From Vicinamibacterales bacterium (GTDB taxonomy: Bacteria; Acidobacteriota; Vicinamibacteria; Vicinamibacterales; UBA2999), in the NCBI GenBank assembly GCA_050250645.1, contig JBFWOG010000002.1:71691-135690 (forward strand): DNA of 64,000 nucleotides, given 5' to 3'. Positions within the stretch are counted from its first letter, which is position 1, and each line of letters starts with the position of its first letter. A program made the position numbers and the translations under genes. Shown piece after piece: positions 13,457 to 24,955 of this stretch. The notes under the pieces are model-generated. The model was not told the DNA's origin and ran no database searches. It saw nothing but the letters and a program-made list of their open reading frames with translations.

Positions 13457-15061
13457 ATGGTACGGGGCTTCCTCGACTGGCTGGACTCCCGGATCGCATA
13501 CCGGTCGCTGCTCAAGCACGCCCTCGACGAGCCGCTGCCGAAGGGCACCGGGTGGGCCTTCACGACCGGCAGCGTGATCACGCTGCTCATCGGGACGCAG
13601 TTCCTCACGGGCATCGGCCTGACGATGTACTACGTCCCGTCGCCGACGCTGGCGTACGACAGCGTCCGCTACATCACCGACACCCTCCCGCTCGGCTGGT
13701 TGCTCCGCGGCCTCCACTTCTGGGGCGCGAGCTTCATCGTGATCGCGGCGGGCGTGCACATGATGCGCGTCTTCTTCTGGGGGTCCTACAAGGCGCCCCG
13801 GGAGGTGACGTGGCTCACCGGCGTCCTCCTGCTGCTGCTCATCCTCGGCTTCTCGCTGAGCGGCTACCTGCTGCCCTGGGACCAGAAGGCCTACTGGGCG
13901 ACCACCGTCACCATCAACGTCGCCCGCAGCTCGCCGATCATCGGGGAGTACCTCGCGGGCGTGCTCCGGGGCGGGAGCGAGCTCGGCGCGCTCACGCTGG
14001 GGCGCTGGTACTCCGCGCACGTCTTCCTGCTGCCCGGCGCGCTCATCACCTTCATCGTCGCCCACCTGCTGCTGATGCGGAAGCACGGCATCTCGGGCCC
14101 GATCCGCAAGCAGGAAGGCGCGCCCGTCACGTTCTTCCCCTGGCACGTGATGAAGGACACGGTGATGATGGCGGCGGTCTTCGCGCTGCTCCTCACCTTC
14201 GCGATCCAGTTCCCCGCGCACCTCGACGAGGTCGCCAACCCCGCCGACTCGTCCTACATCCCGCGCCCGGAGTGGTACTTCCTCTCCCTGTTCCAGCTGC
14301 TCAAGTACTTCCCGGGACCGCTCGAGCCGGTCGGGACGCTGGTGATTCCCGGCCTCATCGTGGGCTTCCTCTTCGCCCTGCCGTTCATCGACCGGGGCGA
14401 CGACCGCCATCCCTTCCGGAGCGCGCGGCTCAAGTTCGTCATCGTCATGCTCGTCATCGTCGGGGGCATCTCGCACCTGACGACGCTCGGCCTGCTGGAC
14501 ATGCCCGAGCGCTACGACCCGAACAAGTGGGGGCCGCAGTCGATCGCCGGCCACGAGCTGGCGACCGGGCCCGACAACACCTGCGTCCGCTGCCACACCG
14601 ACGGCGGCCCGGCCGCGGACCTCGCGTCGACCACGATCACCAAGGATCAGGAGTGGCTGCTGTACCACATGGCCGACCCGGTCGCGATCGGCCCCGGCGT
14701 CCGGTCGGCGGACGAGCCCGCCCCGCGGCCACAGCTCTTCCGGCTCCAGGCCCAGTCCGTCGTCGCCTATCTCCGGCGCCTCCACGCGGGCGCGGACTTC
14801 CCGTCGTTCGCCCCCGAGACGGTGGCCGCCGCGCAGGCGTTCGCGACCATGTGCGTCAACTGCCACATGATCAACGGGGAGGGCGGCACGGTGGGACCCG
14901 ACCTGAGCGCGGTCGGCGCGCGCCGGGACGCGGCCTCGATCCGGGCCATCATCGAGAACCCGAAGGCCGAGTTCCCGGACACCCCGATGCCCGCCTACGG
15001 CGGCCGCATCCCCGACGAGCAGATTCAGCGCCTCGCCACCTACCTCGCGGGACTCAAATAG
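13457..15061 (+). CDS. Cytochrome b (b6 plus subunit IV-like) fused to a C-terminal dihaem cytochrome c domain
   Basis: 534 aa. Haem-b ligand helices (RGLHFWGASFIVIAAGVHMMRVF; WYSAHVFLLPGALITFIVAHLL). Two CxxCH motifs (CVRCH, CVNCH). Starts 3 nt after the Rieske gene. Confidence 0.88.
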   Translation: MVRGFLDWLDSRIAYRSLLKHALDEPLPKGTGWAFTTGSVITLLIGTQFLTGIGLTMYYVPSPTLAYDSVRYITDTLPLGWLLRGLHFWGASFIVIAAGVHMMRVFFWGSYKAPREVTWLTGVLLLLLILGFSLSGYLLPWDQKAYWATTVTINVARSSPIIGEYLAGVLRGGSELGALTLGRWYSAHVFLLPGALITFIVAHLLLMRKHGISGPIRKQEGAPVTFFPWHVMKDTVMMAAVFALLLTFAIQFPAHLDEVANPADSSYIPRPEWYFLSLFQLLKYFPGPLEPVGTLVIPGLIVGFLFALPFIDRGDDRHPFRSARLKFVIVMLVIVGGISHLTTLGLLDMPERYDPNKWGPQSIAGHELATGPDNTCVRCHTDGGPAADLASTTITKDQEWLLYHMADPVAIGPGVRSADEPAPRPQLFRLQAQSVVAYLRRLHAGADFPSFAPETVAAAQAFATMCVNCHMINGEGGTVGPDLSAVGARRDAASIRAIIENPKAEFPDTPMPAYGGRIPDEQIQRLATYLAGLK

Positions 15062-15196
15062 AAGTCAGAACTTAGAAGTTAGAAGTCAGAAAAAGAGAAG
15101 GGCCGCCAGGGGATTCCCCCGGCGGCCCTTTTTCACGTTCCGCGGTCGTGCGTCTGACTTCTGACTTCTGACTTCTTACTTCTTACTTCTTACTTC
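15061..15196. repeat. Inverted period-7 tandem repeat arms flanking a GC hairpin: about 5x GAAGTYA at 15061-15095 and 6x TKACTTC at 15155-15196
   Basis: GAAGTCA GAACTTA GAAGTTA GAAGTCA GAAAAAG ... TGACTTC x3 TTACTTC x3. The units are reverse complements. The right array runs into the stop codon and last codons of the creatininase-like gene. Confidence 0.85.
15100..15133. terminator. Bidirectional intrinsic terminator between convergent cytochrome b/c and creatininase-like genes
   Basis: GGGCCGCC-a-GGGG-ATT-CCCC-c-GGCGGCCC followed by TTTTT. The reverse reading is followed by TTCTCTTTTTCT. Confidence 0.75.
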
Positions 15197-16062
15197 TCTG
15201 CGAGCAGCTGGTGGATCTGGCGGACGGCGTAGGACACCTTCATGTCGAAGAGCCGCTTGCCGAGCTCCGGGGTGGAGCGGCGGGCGTCGCCCATGATGCC
15301 GTTGTTCTTGCGGGGGGCGTTCGGGTCCGGGCGCTGGCCGGGCGCCGGCACCGGGTCGCCGAGGGCGTTGGGGATCTCGCTCGTCCGCACCCAGCCCGCG
15401 TCGCCGCCGAGGTAGAGCATCGTCGAGGTGTCGGGGATGCCGGCGTGGGCGCTCGACGGGTAGCCGTTGGCGGCCAGCCACTTGTCGTAGTCGCCGTTGG
15501 CCTTCGCGTAGACCTCGTCGCAGTAGACGACGCGCACGCCGTCGCCGGCGTGCTTCTGGGAGAGCCGTTCCGCGACGGTCTTGAGCTCGGCCTGCCCGCC
15601 GCCGTGGTCGCCCATCAGGACGACGGCCTTGAAGCCCGAGCGGATGAGCTCCTCGGCGACCTGCTCGTTGATGGCGGCGAAGAGCTCGGGCGTGAGCCCG
15701 ATGGTGCCGGGCAGCTCGGCGCTGGCGCGGTTCGGCGAGAAGGGGAGGACGGGCGCGACGATGGCATTGCCGAGCTCGAGGGCGATGGCGCGGGCGACCT
15801 CGCGGCCCATCAGGGTGTGGCCGCCGTTGACGTTCTGGGGCCCGCGCTGCTCGGTGCCGCCGTTGTAGACGAGGGCGGTGGTCTTGCCGGCGGCGAGGGC
15901 GGCCTTCACCTCGGGCCAGGTCATCATGTCGAACTCGACGTTGGGCGTGCGGGCGGCGGCGACGCCCGGGGCCTGGGCGGCGGCGGGCAGGGCGGCCGGC
16001 CCGGCGAGGGCGGCGAGGGCGAGGGCGGTAATCGCGAAGCGCATGGTTCGGTGACTCCTCAA
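15190..16062 (-). CDS. Secreted creatininase-family (PF02633-like) amidohydrolase homologue
   Basis: Signal peptide (MRFAITALALAALAGPAALPAAAQA). Family-like motifs GGTEQRGPQ, GDHGGG, AHAGIPDTSTML. The canonical E-x-H of the first motif reads E-Q-R here. Confidence 0.6.
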   Translation of the reverse strand: MRSHRTMRFAITALALAALAGPAALPAAAQAPGVAAARTPNVEFDMMTWPEVKAALAAGKTTALVYNGGTEQRGPQNVNGGHTLMGREVARAIALELGNAIVAPVLPFSPNRASAELPGTIGLTPELFAAINEQVAEELIRSGFKAVVLMGDHGGGQAELKTVAERLSQKHAGDGVRVVYCDEVYAKANGDYDKWLAANGYPSSAHAGIPDTSTMLYLGGDAGWVRTSEIPNALGDPVPAPGQRPDPNAPRKNNGIMGDARRSTPELGKRLFDMKVSYAVRQIHQLLAEK

Positions 16063-16079
16063 CGTGGTGTCCGGGGACG

Positions 16080-16475
16080 CTAGCGGGCGCCGCCGGGGAT
16101 GGTCGGCGGCGTCACCGACCCCTGGTGGCAGGTATAGCAGGTGATCCGGCCGAGGAGCGACTCCTCGGCGCGCGGGGTGTAGTCGGGGAAGAACTGCTTG
16201 TTGAGCGCCTGGGTCATCTCGATCATGCGGCGGGCCGTGCGCTTGCGGGGGTTGGCGTCGCTCGCGAAGTCGCCGCGGGTGTGGCAGAAGCCGCAGTTGC
16301 CGCCGAGGGCCTGGTTGAACTGGCGCATCTCGTTCTCGAACTGGTGGACGTCGAGGCCCTTGAGGACGAGAATCGTGGGGCTGTCGGCCATGCCGAGGAC
16401 CGGTTGGGTGTTATCCTGGGCCGCGACGACCACGCCGGCGAGGACGAGGGCCGCGAGGGGCACGAAAAGGCGCAT
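16080..16475 (-). CDS. Small secreted dihaem c-type cytochrome, photosynthetic-reaction-centre cytochrome c subunit-like family
   Basis: 131 aa with a signal peptide and two CxxCH motifs (CGFCH, CYTCH). Context ...CHTRGDFASDANPRKRTARRMIEMTQALN resembles PF02276-type proteins, from recall. Confidence 0.6.
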   Translation of the reverse strand: MRLFVPLAALVLAGVVVAAQDNTQPVLGMADSPTILVLKGLDVHQFENEMRQFNQALGGNCGFCHTRGDFASDANPRKRTARRMIEMTQALNKQFFPDYTPRAEESLLGRITCYTCHQGSVTPPTIPGGAR

Positions 16476-16622
16476 CGTGTTGTCTCTCCGGGAGTTAGTG
16501 GACGTCCCGCGCCCGGCCTGGCGGCCCGGAAAACCCCGGGGCGGCCGGCGGGTGACAGGCCGGGGATGCCCCGCCTGCCCGGCTCGTCCGTTACGGCCAC
16601 AGAGGGTACCATACCCGGGGGG

Positions 16623-16652
16623 TTGCGCTCCGCGGGGAAGCGGTGCTATATT
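16623..16652 (+). promoter_or_regulatory. Candidate sigma70 promoter of the ribosomal protein supercluster
   Basis: TTGCGC (16623-16628), an 18-nt spacer, then TATATT (16647-16652). Lies about 285 nt upstream of rpsL. Confidence 0.45.
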
Positions 16653-16937
16653 CGCAAGGTTCTCGTGAGGCTAGGACACCCTATCTAGTCTCATCCGCAC
16701 TGGAAGTCACGCCGGCTGTCATGCCCGCGCTTCCTGGTCGGGCAGCACCGTGACGCCACGTCGCGTCCGCCGGTGCCGAAAACACACAGTTAGTAGGGTC
16801 ATCCAGCTTCGAGTGCCAAGCGCGCGTGCGCGCTTCTAGGCTCGGGGCGCCGCAACACCGCCCATCGGGGGTGGTGTGCGTGTTCGTTATCCATGGGCGG
16901 GCGCGGGCCCTCGGAATTCCGTGCGAGTGGAGCGATC
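16653..16937 (+). promoter_or_regulatory. Long structured 5' leader upstream of rpsL
   Basis: No ORF with coding character. Several stems are visible: TGCCCG...CGGGCA, AAGCGCGC-gt-GCGCGCTT, CACCGCCC-atc-GGGGGTGGTG. Confidence 0.4.
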
Positions 16938-17312
16938 GTGCCGACGATCAGTCAGCTGGTCCGCAAGGGCCGCGAAAAAATCGAGTGGAAGACCAAGAGC
17001 CCGGCGCTCGACCGGAGCCCGCAGAAGCGCGGCGTCTGCGTGCGCGTGTTCACCCAGACGCCCAAGAAGCCGAACTCCGCGCTGCGGAAGGTCGCGCGCG
17101 TGCGCCTGACGAACAAGATCGAGGTCACCACCTATATCCCGGGCGTGGGGCACAACCTCCAGGAGCACTCGCTGGTGCTCATTCGGGGCGGCCGTGTGAA
17201 GGACCTCCCGGGCGTGCGGTACCACGTGGTGCGCGGGAGCCTCGACGCCGTGGGCGTCCAGGGCCGCAAGCAGAGCCGGTCGAAGTACGGCGCGAAGCGC
17301 CCGAAGTCGTAG
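16938..17312 (+). CDS. rpsL: 30S ribosomal protein S12
   Basis: GTG start giving (M)[11 protein letters not shown]...; [16 protein letters not shown] motif. Confidence 0.95.
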   Translation: MPTISQLVRKGREKIEWKTKSPALDRSPQKRGVCVRVFTQTPKKPNSALRKVARVRLTNKIEVTTYIPGVGHNLQEHSLVLIRGGRVKDLPGVRYHVVRGSLDAVGVQGRKQSRSKYGAKRPKS

Positions 17313-17335
17313 CCTGAAGCCGAGAGCCGAAGAAG

Positions 17336-17809
17336 ATGCCGCGTAGACGTGAAATCGCGAAGCGTGAGATTCCGCCGGACGCCCTGTACAACAGCGCGCT
17401 GGTGACGAAGTTCATCAACACGATCATGCAAGCGGGGAAGCGGTCCACGGCGGAACGCATCCTCTACAAGAGCTTCGACATCATCAAGGAGCGGACGGGC
17501 GACGACCCGTTGAAGGTCTTCAAGAAGGCCGTCGACAACGTCAAGCCGGCCCTCGAGGTGAAGTCGCGCCGGGTCGGCGGGTCGAACTACCAGGTGCCGA
17601 TCGAGGTCAACCCGAATCGCCGCCTCTCGCTGAGCATCCGCTGGCTCGTCAGCTTCGCCCGGTCGCGCGGCGACGGCAAGACGATGTGGGAGAAGCTCGC
17701 GAACGAGCTCCTGGACGCGTCGAACCTGCGCGGCGGAGCGGTCAAGAAGCGCGAGGACACGCACCGCATGGCCGAGGCGAACAAGGCGTTCGCCCACTAT
17801 CGCTGGTAG
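17336..17809 (+). CDS. rpsG: 30S ribosomal protein S7
   Basis: [15 protein letters not shown]...[16 protein letters not shown]...AHYRW. Confidence 0.96.
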   Translation: MPRRREIAKREIPPDALYNSALVTKFINTIMQAGKRSTAERILYKSFDIIKERTGDDPLKVFKKAVDNVKPALEVKSRRVGGSNYQVPIEVNPNRRLSLSIRWLVSFARSRGDGKTMWEKLANELLDASNLRGGAVKKREDTHRMAEANKAFAHYRW

Positions 17810-17861
17810 CGGAGCCGAGTCCGTCAGCAGGCGCTGACCGTTTCATCGAAAGCAGTTCGTC

Positions 17862-19970
<2,109 letters not shown>

Positions 19971-19991
19971 GGCAGCCGCCAAGGACGAGAG

Positions 19992-20321
<330 letters not shown>

Positions 20322-20353
20322 CGCGCCGGCGACGCGGCTGAGGATTGAGAACG

Positions 20354-21037
20354 ATGGTCGAAGGCATCATCGGCAAGAAGGTGGGGATGACGCAGCTCTT
20401 CCTCGAGGACGGCACGGTGGCCCCGGCCACGGTGCTCCTCGCGGGCCCCTGCGTCGTCGTGCAGGGCAAGTCGGTCGAGACCGACGGCTACGAGGCGATC
20501 CAGATCGGCCTCGTGGAGAAGACCCCCGCCAAGGTGAACAAGGCCACCGCTGGTCACTACCGGAAGGCGAACGTGCCGCCGACGCGCGTGCGTCGCGAGG
20601 TGGCGGTCGCCCGGGGCGGCGAGGCCCCGAAGGCGGGCGAGGAAGTCCTCTGCTCGATCTTCAAGGACGGCGAGCGCGTGGACGTCATCGGCACGAGCAA
20701 GGGCCATGGCTTCCAGGGCGTCGTGAAGCGGCACCACTTCCGTGGCGGTGACGCGACGCACGGGTCCATGTTCCACCGGGCCCCGGGGTCGATCGGCCAG
20801 TCGTCGTACCCGTCGCGCGTGCTGCCCGGGATGCGGGCGCACGGGCACATGGGGACGGACCGCGTGACGGTGCGGAACCTGAAGGTGCTCAAGGTCGACG
20901 CCGAGAACCACCTGATCGTGGTGCGCGGCGCGGTGCCGGGCGCCAATGGCGGGTACGTGGTCATCCGCAAGGCGATCGCGCCGAAGCCGGAGCCGCAGCC
21001 CCAGCTGCAGGAAAAGCCCAAGAAGGGCAAGAAGTAG
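20354..21037 (+). CDS. rplC: 50S ribosomal protein L3
   Basis: [14 protein letters not shown]...; ATG at 20354 preceded by GAGGA. The ORF-track TTG at 20345 is less likely. Lys/Pro-rich C-terminal extension. Confidence 0.95.
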   Translation: MVEGIIGKKVGMTQLFLEDGTVAPATVLLAGPCVVVQGKSVETDGYEAIQIGLVEKTPAKVNKATAGHYRKANVPPTRVRREVAVARGGEAPKAGEEVLCSIFKDGERVDVIGTSKGHGFQGVVKRHHFRGGDATHGSMFHRAPGSIGQSSYPSRVLPGMRAHGHMGTDRVTVRNLKVLKVDAENHLIVVRGAVPGANGGYVVIRKAIAPKPEPQPQLQEKPKKGKK

Positions 21038-21043
21038 CACGCC

Positions 21044-21664
21044 ATGACTGTTGACGTAGTGAACGCGCAGAACCAGAAGGTCGGGTCGGTGGACCTGAGC
21101 GACGAGGTCTTCGGCGGCCGCGCCAAGACGGACCTCATCCACGAGTCCGTGATCCGGGAGCAGGCGGCCGCGCGTCGCGGCACGCACGCGACGAAGAACC
21201 GGGCGCTCGTGAGCGGCAGCGGCAAGAAGCCGTGGCGGCAGAAGGGCACCGGCCGCGCGCGCGTCGGCGAGGCGCGCAACCCGCTCTGGCGGAAGGGCGG
21301 CACGGTGTTCGGCCCGCAGCCGCGGAGCTACGCCTACCAGATCCCGAAGAAGGTCGAGAAGGGCGCGCTCCGGGCGGCCCTCCAGGTGAAGCTCCAGGGC
21401 GGCGCGGTGCTCGTCGTGGACCAGCTGACCGCGTCGGAGATCAAGACCAAGGCCGCGACGGCGCTCCTGCAGACGCTCGGCGTCGAGGGCAAGGCGCTGC
21501 TCGTGGACGTGCAGCCGGACGAGAAGCTGGCGCTGTCGGTCCGCAACGTCCCGGGCGTGCGGCTGCTGGCGTCGAACCGGATCACCGCCCGGGACGTGAT
21601 GGACACCCGCAAGGTGGTCCTGACCCAGGCGGCGCTGGAGAAGCTGCAGAGCGTGCTGGCCTAG
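21044..21664 (+). CDS. rplD: 50S ribosomal protein L4
   Basis: ...[19 protein letters not shown]... motif. Confidence 0.96.
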   Translation: MTVDVVNAQNQKVGSVDLSDEVFGGRAKTDLIHESVIREQAAARRGTHATKNRALVSGSGKKPWRQKGTGRARVGEARNPLWRKGGTVFGPQPRSYAYQIPKKVEKGALRAALQVKLQGGAVLVVDQLTASEIKTKAATALLQTLGVEGKALLVDVQPDEKLALSVRNVPGVRLLASNRITARDVMDTRKVVLTQAALEKLQSVLA

Positions 21665-21692
21665 CGGCCGGCGAGCGAAAGCCGAGAGCGTC

Positions 21693-21983
21693 ATGAAACT
21701 CACCGAAGTGATTCGCCGCCCCCTGATCACCGAGAAGACCACCCTCCTGCGCGAGGACGGCCGGACCGTGGTGTTCGAGGTGGCGCGCGGGGCCAACAAG
21801 ATCGACGTGAAGCGCGCGGTCGAGCAGCTGCTCGGGGCGAAGGTGGCGGACGTGCGCACCGCCATGACCCAGGGCAAGCTCAAGCGGCAGGGCCGCTACA
21901 TCGGCCGCCGGCCCGACTGGAAGAAGGCGTACGTCACGCTCAAGGACGGGGAAAAGCTCCCCGACTTCCTCGAGGGCGCGTAG
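21693..21983 (+). CDS. rplW: 50S ribosomal protein L23
   Basis: [12 protein letters not shown]...; position between L4 and L2. Confidence 0.95.
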   Translation: MKLTEVIRRPLITEKTTLLREDGRTVVFEVARGANKIDVKRAVEQLLGAKVADVRTAMTQGKLKRQGRYIGRRPDWKKAYVTLKDGEKLPDFLEGA

Positions 21984-22005
21984 GCGCGGAAGAGGGGAAT
22001 CGACG

Positions 22006-22830
22006 ATGCCGATTCGCAAGTACAAGCCGACGTCGCCCGGCCGTCGCCAGATGACGGTCCAGACGTTCGACGACATCACGGCGACCGAACCGTACCGGCC
22101 GCTCACCGAGTCGCTGAAGCGTTCGGGCGGCCGCAACAACACGGGCGAGCTGACGTCCTGGTGGCGCGGCGGGGGCCACAAGCGCCTCTACCGGGTGATC
22201 GACTTCAAGCGCGACAAGAAGGACATCCCCGGGACCGTCTCGACGATCGAGTACGACCCGAACCGGTCGGCGCGGATCGCGCTCGTCACCTACGCGGATG
22301 GCGAGAAGCGGTACATCCTGCAGCCGGCGGGGGTGAAGGTCGGCGACGCGATCGTCGCGGGCGACGCCGTCGACATCCTGCCGGGCAACTGCCTGCCGCT
22401 CCGGAGCATGCCGCTCGGCACGATGGTGCACAACGTGGAGCTCAAGCCCGGCAAGGGCGGCCAGCTCGCGCGGAGCGCCGGGGCGTCGGTCCAGGTGGTG
22501 GCCAAGGAAGGCGAGTACGTCTCGGTCAAGCTGCCGTCGGGGGAGATTCGCAAGATCCTCCAGGACTGCGTCGCCACGGTCGGCCAGGTCGGCAATCTCG
22601 ATCACGAGAACGTGTCGATCGGCAAGGCCGGCCGGAGCCGCTGGCTCGGGAAGAAGCCGCACGTGCGCGGCGTGGCGATGAACCCGGTGGACCACCCGCT
22701 CGGCGGCGGCGAGGGCAAGACCTCGGGCGGCCGGCACCCGGTGACGCCGTGGGGCGTGCCGACCAAGGGCTACAAGACGCGGAACCGCAAGCCCAGCGAC
22801 AAGTTCATCGTGCAGCGGCGCAAGCGCTAG
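22006..22830 (+). CDS. rplB: 50S ribosomal protein L2
   Basis: [14 protein letters not shown]...[14 protein letters not shown]. Confidence 0.97.
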   Translation: MPIRKYKPTSPGRRQMTVQTFDDITATEPYRPLTESLKRSGGRNNTGELTSWWRGGGHKRLYRVIDFKRDKKDIPGTVSTIEYDPNRSARIALVTYADGEKRYILQPAGVKVGDAIVAGDAVDILPGNCLPLRSMPLGTMVHNVELKPGKGGQLARSAGASVQVVAKEGEYVSVKLPSGEIRKILQDCVATVGQVGNLDHENVSIGKAGRSRWLGKKPHVRGVAMNPVDHPLGGGEGKTSGGRHPVTPWGVPTKGYKTRNRKPSDKFIVQRRKR

Positions 22831-22866
22831 CCGCCGGCGCCGTAACCGAAGAGACCGAGAGCAGAT

Positions 22867-23154
22867 ATGAGCCGCTCACTGAAGAAGGGCCCCTTCATCG
22901 ACACCCCCCTCCTCGAGAAGGTGGAGTCGATGAACCGGGCTGGCGAGAAGAAGGTGATCAAGACCTGGTCGCGCCGGTCGACGGTGATCCCCGAGATGGT
23001 GGGTCACACGCTGGCGGTCCACAACGGGCGCAAGTTCATCCCGGTCTACGTCACCGAGAACATGGTGGGACACAAGCTCGGCGAGTTCTCGCCGACGCGC
23101 CAGTTCAAGGGCCACGCCGCGAAGGCGGACAAGGCGGCCGGAGGGAAGGGCTAG
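22867..23154 (+). CDS. rpsS: 30S ribosomal protein S19
   Basis: [12 protein letters not shown]...[16 protein letters not shown]. Confidence 0.96.
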   Translation: MSRSLKKGPFIDTPLLEKVESMNRAGEKKVIKTWSRRSTVIPEMVGHTLAVHNGRKFIPVYVTENMVGHKLGEFSPTRQFKGHAAKADKAAGGKG

Positions 23155-23157
23155 GCG

Positions 23158-23589
23158 ATGGTTCGCGCGGAAGCAACGGCGAAGTACGTGCGCACCTCGG
23201 CCCAGAAGGCCGGGCTGGTGCTCGATCTCATCCGCGGGAAGGACGTCAACCAGGCGTTGGCGGTGCTGCAGTTCTCCAAGAAGGCGGTGGCGCGGGACGT
23301 TGCGAAGGTCCTGCGGTCCGCGGTGGCGAACGTGCAGCAGAAGGACGGGTTCGGCGGCGACGTCGAGCGGCTGTTCGTGTCGCGGTGCCACGCGGGCCAG
23401 GGCCCGTCGCTGAAGCGGGTGCGGCCGGCTCCGATGGGCCGGGCGTTCCGGGTGGTCAAGCGGACGGCGCACCTGACCGTCGAGGTGACGGAACGGCCCC
23501 AGGTGATCGCGGCGGTGGGTGGTACTGCGCCCGCTGGCACGCCGGCGAACAAGGGCGCGCGCGGCCGGAAGGCCGCCGCGGCCGAGTAG
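23158..23589 (+). CDS. rplV: 50S ribosomal protein L22 with a C-terminal extension
   Basis: AKYVRTSAQKAGLVLDLIRGK...; position between S19 and S3. Confidence 0.95.
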   Translation: MVRAEATAKYVRTSAQKAGLVLDLIRGKDVNQALAVLQFSKKAVARDVAKVLRSAVANVQQKDGFGGDVERLFVSRCHAGQGPSLKRVRPAPMGRAFRVVKRTAHLTVEVTERPQVIAAVGGTAPAGTPANKGARGRKAAAAE

Positions 23590-23604
23590 AACGAGGAGAC
23601 GGCT

Positions 23605-24312
23605 GTGGGCCAGAAGGTTCACCCCTACGGGTTCCGGATCGGGTTCAACAAGACGTGGACGTCGCGGTGGTTCGCGGACAAGGAGTACGCGAACCTCCTG
23701 CACGAGGACCTCGCGCTCAAGCGCGACCTGAAGCGCCGCTTCCAGCACGCGGGCGTGGCGAAGGTCGAGATCGAGCGCGCGGCCAACAAGCTGAAGATCG
23801 ACATCCACACGTCGAGGCCCGGGATCATCATCGGCCGCAAGGGGCAGGAAGTCGACAAGCTGAAGCAGGAGGTCCAGCGGCGGACCAACCGCGAGGTCTT
23901 CATCAACATCCAGGAGATCCAGAAGCCGGAACTGGACGCCCAGCTCATCAGCGAGTCGGTGGCCATGCAGCTCGAGAAGCGCATCGCCTTCCGCCGCGCG
24001 ATGCGCAAGGCGGTCGAGTCGGCGCTGCGCTTCGGGGCGCGGGGGATCAAGGTGCGGGTGTCGGGCCGGCTGAACGGCGCCGAGATCGCCCGGTCGGAGT
24101 GGTACCTGCACGGCCAGCTGCCGCTGCAGACGCTCCGGGCGGACATCGACTACGGCTTCGCGGAGGCCAACACCACCTACGGCCAGATCGGCGTGAAGGT
24201 GTGGCTGTACAAGGGCGAGCGGCTGACGCCGCGCGTCGGCCGCGAGGAAGAGTTCCGGGATCGGGATCGCGACCGCGGGCCGCGGCGGCCGCCGCGCGAG
24301 GCGCGGGGCTAG
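23605..24312 (+). CDS. rpsC: 30S ribosomal protein S3 with an Arg/Asp-rich C-terminal tail
   Basis: GTG start; [12 protein letters not shown]...; [10 protein letters not shown]... Confidence 0.96.
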   Translation: MGQKVHPYGFRIGFNKTWTSRWFADKEYANLLHEDLALKRDLKRRFQHAGVAKVEIERAANKLKIDIHTSRPGIIIGRKGQEVDKLKQEVQRRTNREVFINIQEIQKPELDAQLISESVAMQLEKRIAFRRAMRKAVESALRFGARGIKVRVSGRLNGAEIARSEWYLHGQLPLQTLRADIDYGFAEANTTYGQIGVKVWLYKGERLTPRVGREEEFRDRDRDRGPRRPPREARG

Positions 24313-24342
24313 GACGCGGGCTGGGGAGCGGGAGTTGTCGTC

Positions 24343-24768
24343 ATGTTGATGCCGAAGAAGGTCAAGTACCGCAAGCAGCAGCGCGGGCGGATGTGCGGCA
24401 AGGCCTGGCGTGGGTCGGATGTCTCCTTTGGTGACTTCGGGCTCAAGGCGCTGGAGCCGTGCTGGCTCACGGACCGCCAGATCGAGGCGGCCCGGATCGC
24501 GATGACGCGGTCGATCAAGCGCGGCGGGAAGATCTGGGTGCGCGTGTTCCCGGACAAGCCCATCACGAAGAAGCCGCAGGAGACGCGGATGGGCAAGGGC
24601 AAGGGCGCGCCCGAGAGCTGGGTCGCGGTGATCCGCCCCGGCCGGATCCTCTTCGAGATGGAAGGGGTGCCGGAGGTCGAGGCGCGGCGCGCGATGCAGC
24701 TGGCGGCGGCGAAGCTGCCGATCCTCACCAAGTTCGCGACGCGCTTCGCGCAGGAGAAGGTGTCATGA
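24343..24768 (+). CDS. rplP: 50S ribosomal protein L16
   Basis: [17 protein letters not shown]... Confidence 0.96.
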   Translation: MLMPKKVKYRKQQRGRMCGKAWRGSDVSFGDFGLKALEPCWLTDRQIEAARIAMTRSIKRGGKIWVRVFPDKPITKKPQETRMGKGKGAPESWVAVIRPGRILFEMEGVPEVEARRAMQLAAAKLPILTKFATRFAQEKVS

Positions 24769-24953
24769 CGGCGGTGGAATTGCGGGACCTCGACGTCGAG
24801 GCCCTCCGCGCCAAGGAGCACGAGCTGGACGACCAGGTGTTCCGGCTGCGGATTCAGAAGTCGATGGGGCAGCTGGAGTCGCCCGGCACCATCCGGACGG
24901 TGCGCCGCGAGCTGGCGCGCGTGAAGACGGTACTCAGGGAGAAGGCGAAGTAG
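24765..24953 (+). CDS. rpmC: 50S ribosomal protein L29
   Basis: ATGA overlap with the rplP stop; [29 protein letters not shown]...; 62 aa. Hidden inside the longer ORF-track entry 24459..24953. Confidence 0.93.
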   Translation: MTAVELRDLDVEALRAKEHELDDQVFRLRIQKSMGQLESPGTIRTVRRELARVKTVLREKAK

Positions 24954-24955
24954 CC

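Noticed and set aside
4874-16475. The accessory block between rpoC and rpsL as a horizontally acquired genomic island.
   Set aside because: Base composition and amino-acid and codon style look the same as the flanking core genes. No integrase, tRNA attachment site or direct repeats are present.
16476-16937. Possible tRNA, SRP RNA or other housekeeping ncRNA in the long spacer upstream of rpsL.
   Set aside because: No cloverleaf or T-loop (GTTCRANYC) signature and no conserved SRP or 6S-like motifs were recognisable by eye. It is treated as a structured mRNA leader instead, and cmscan would be needed to be sure.
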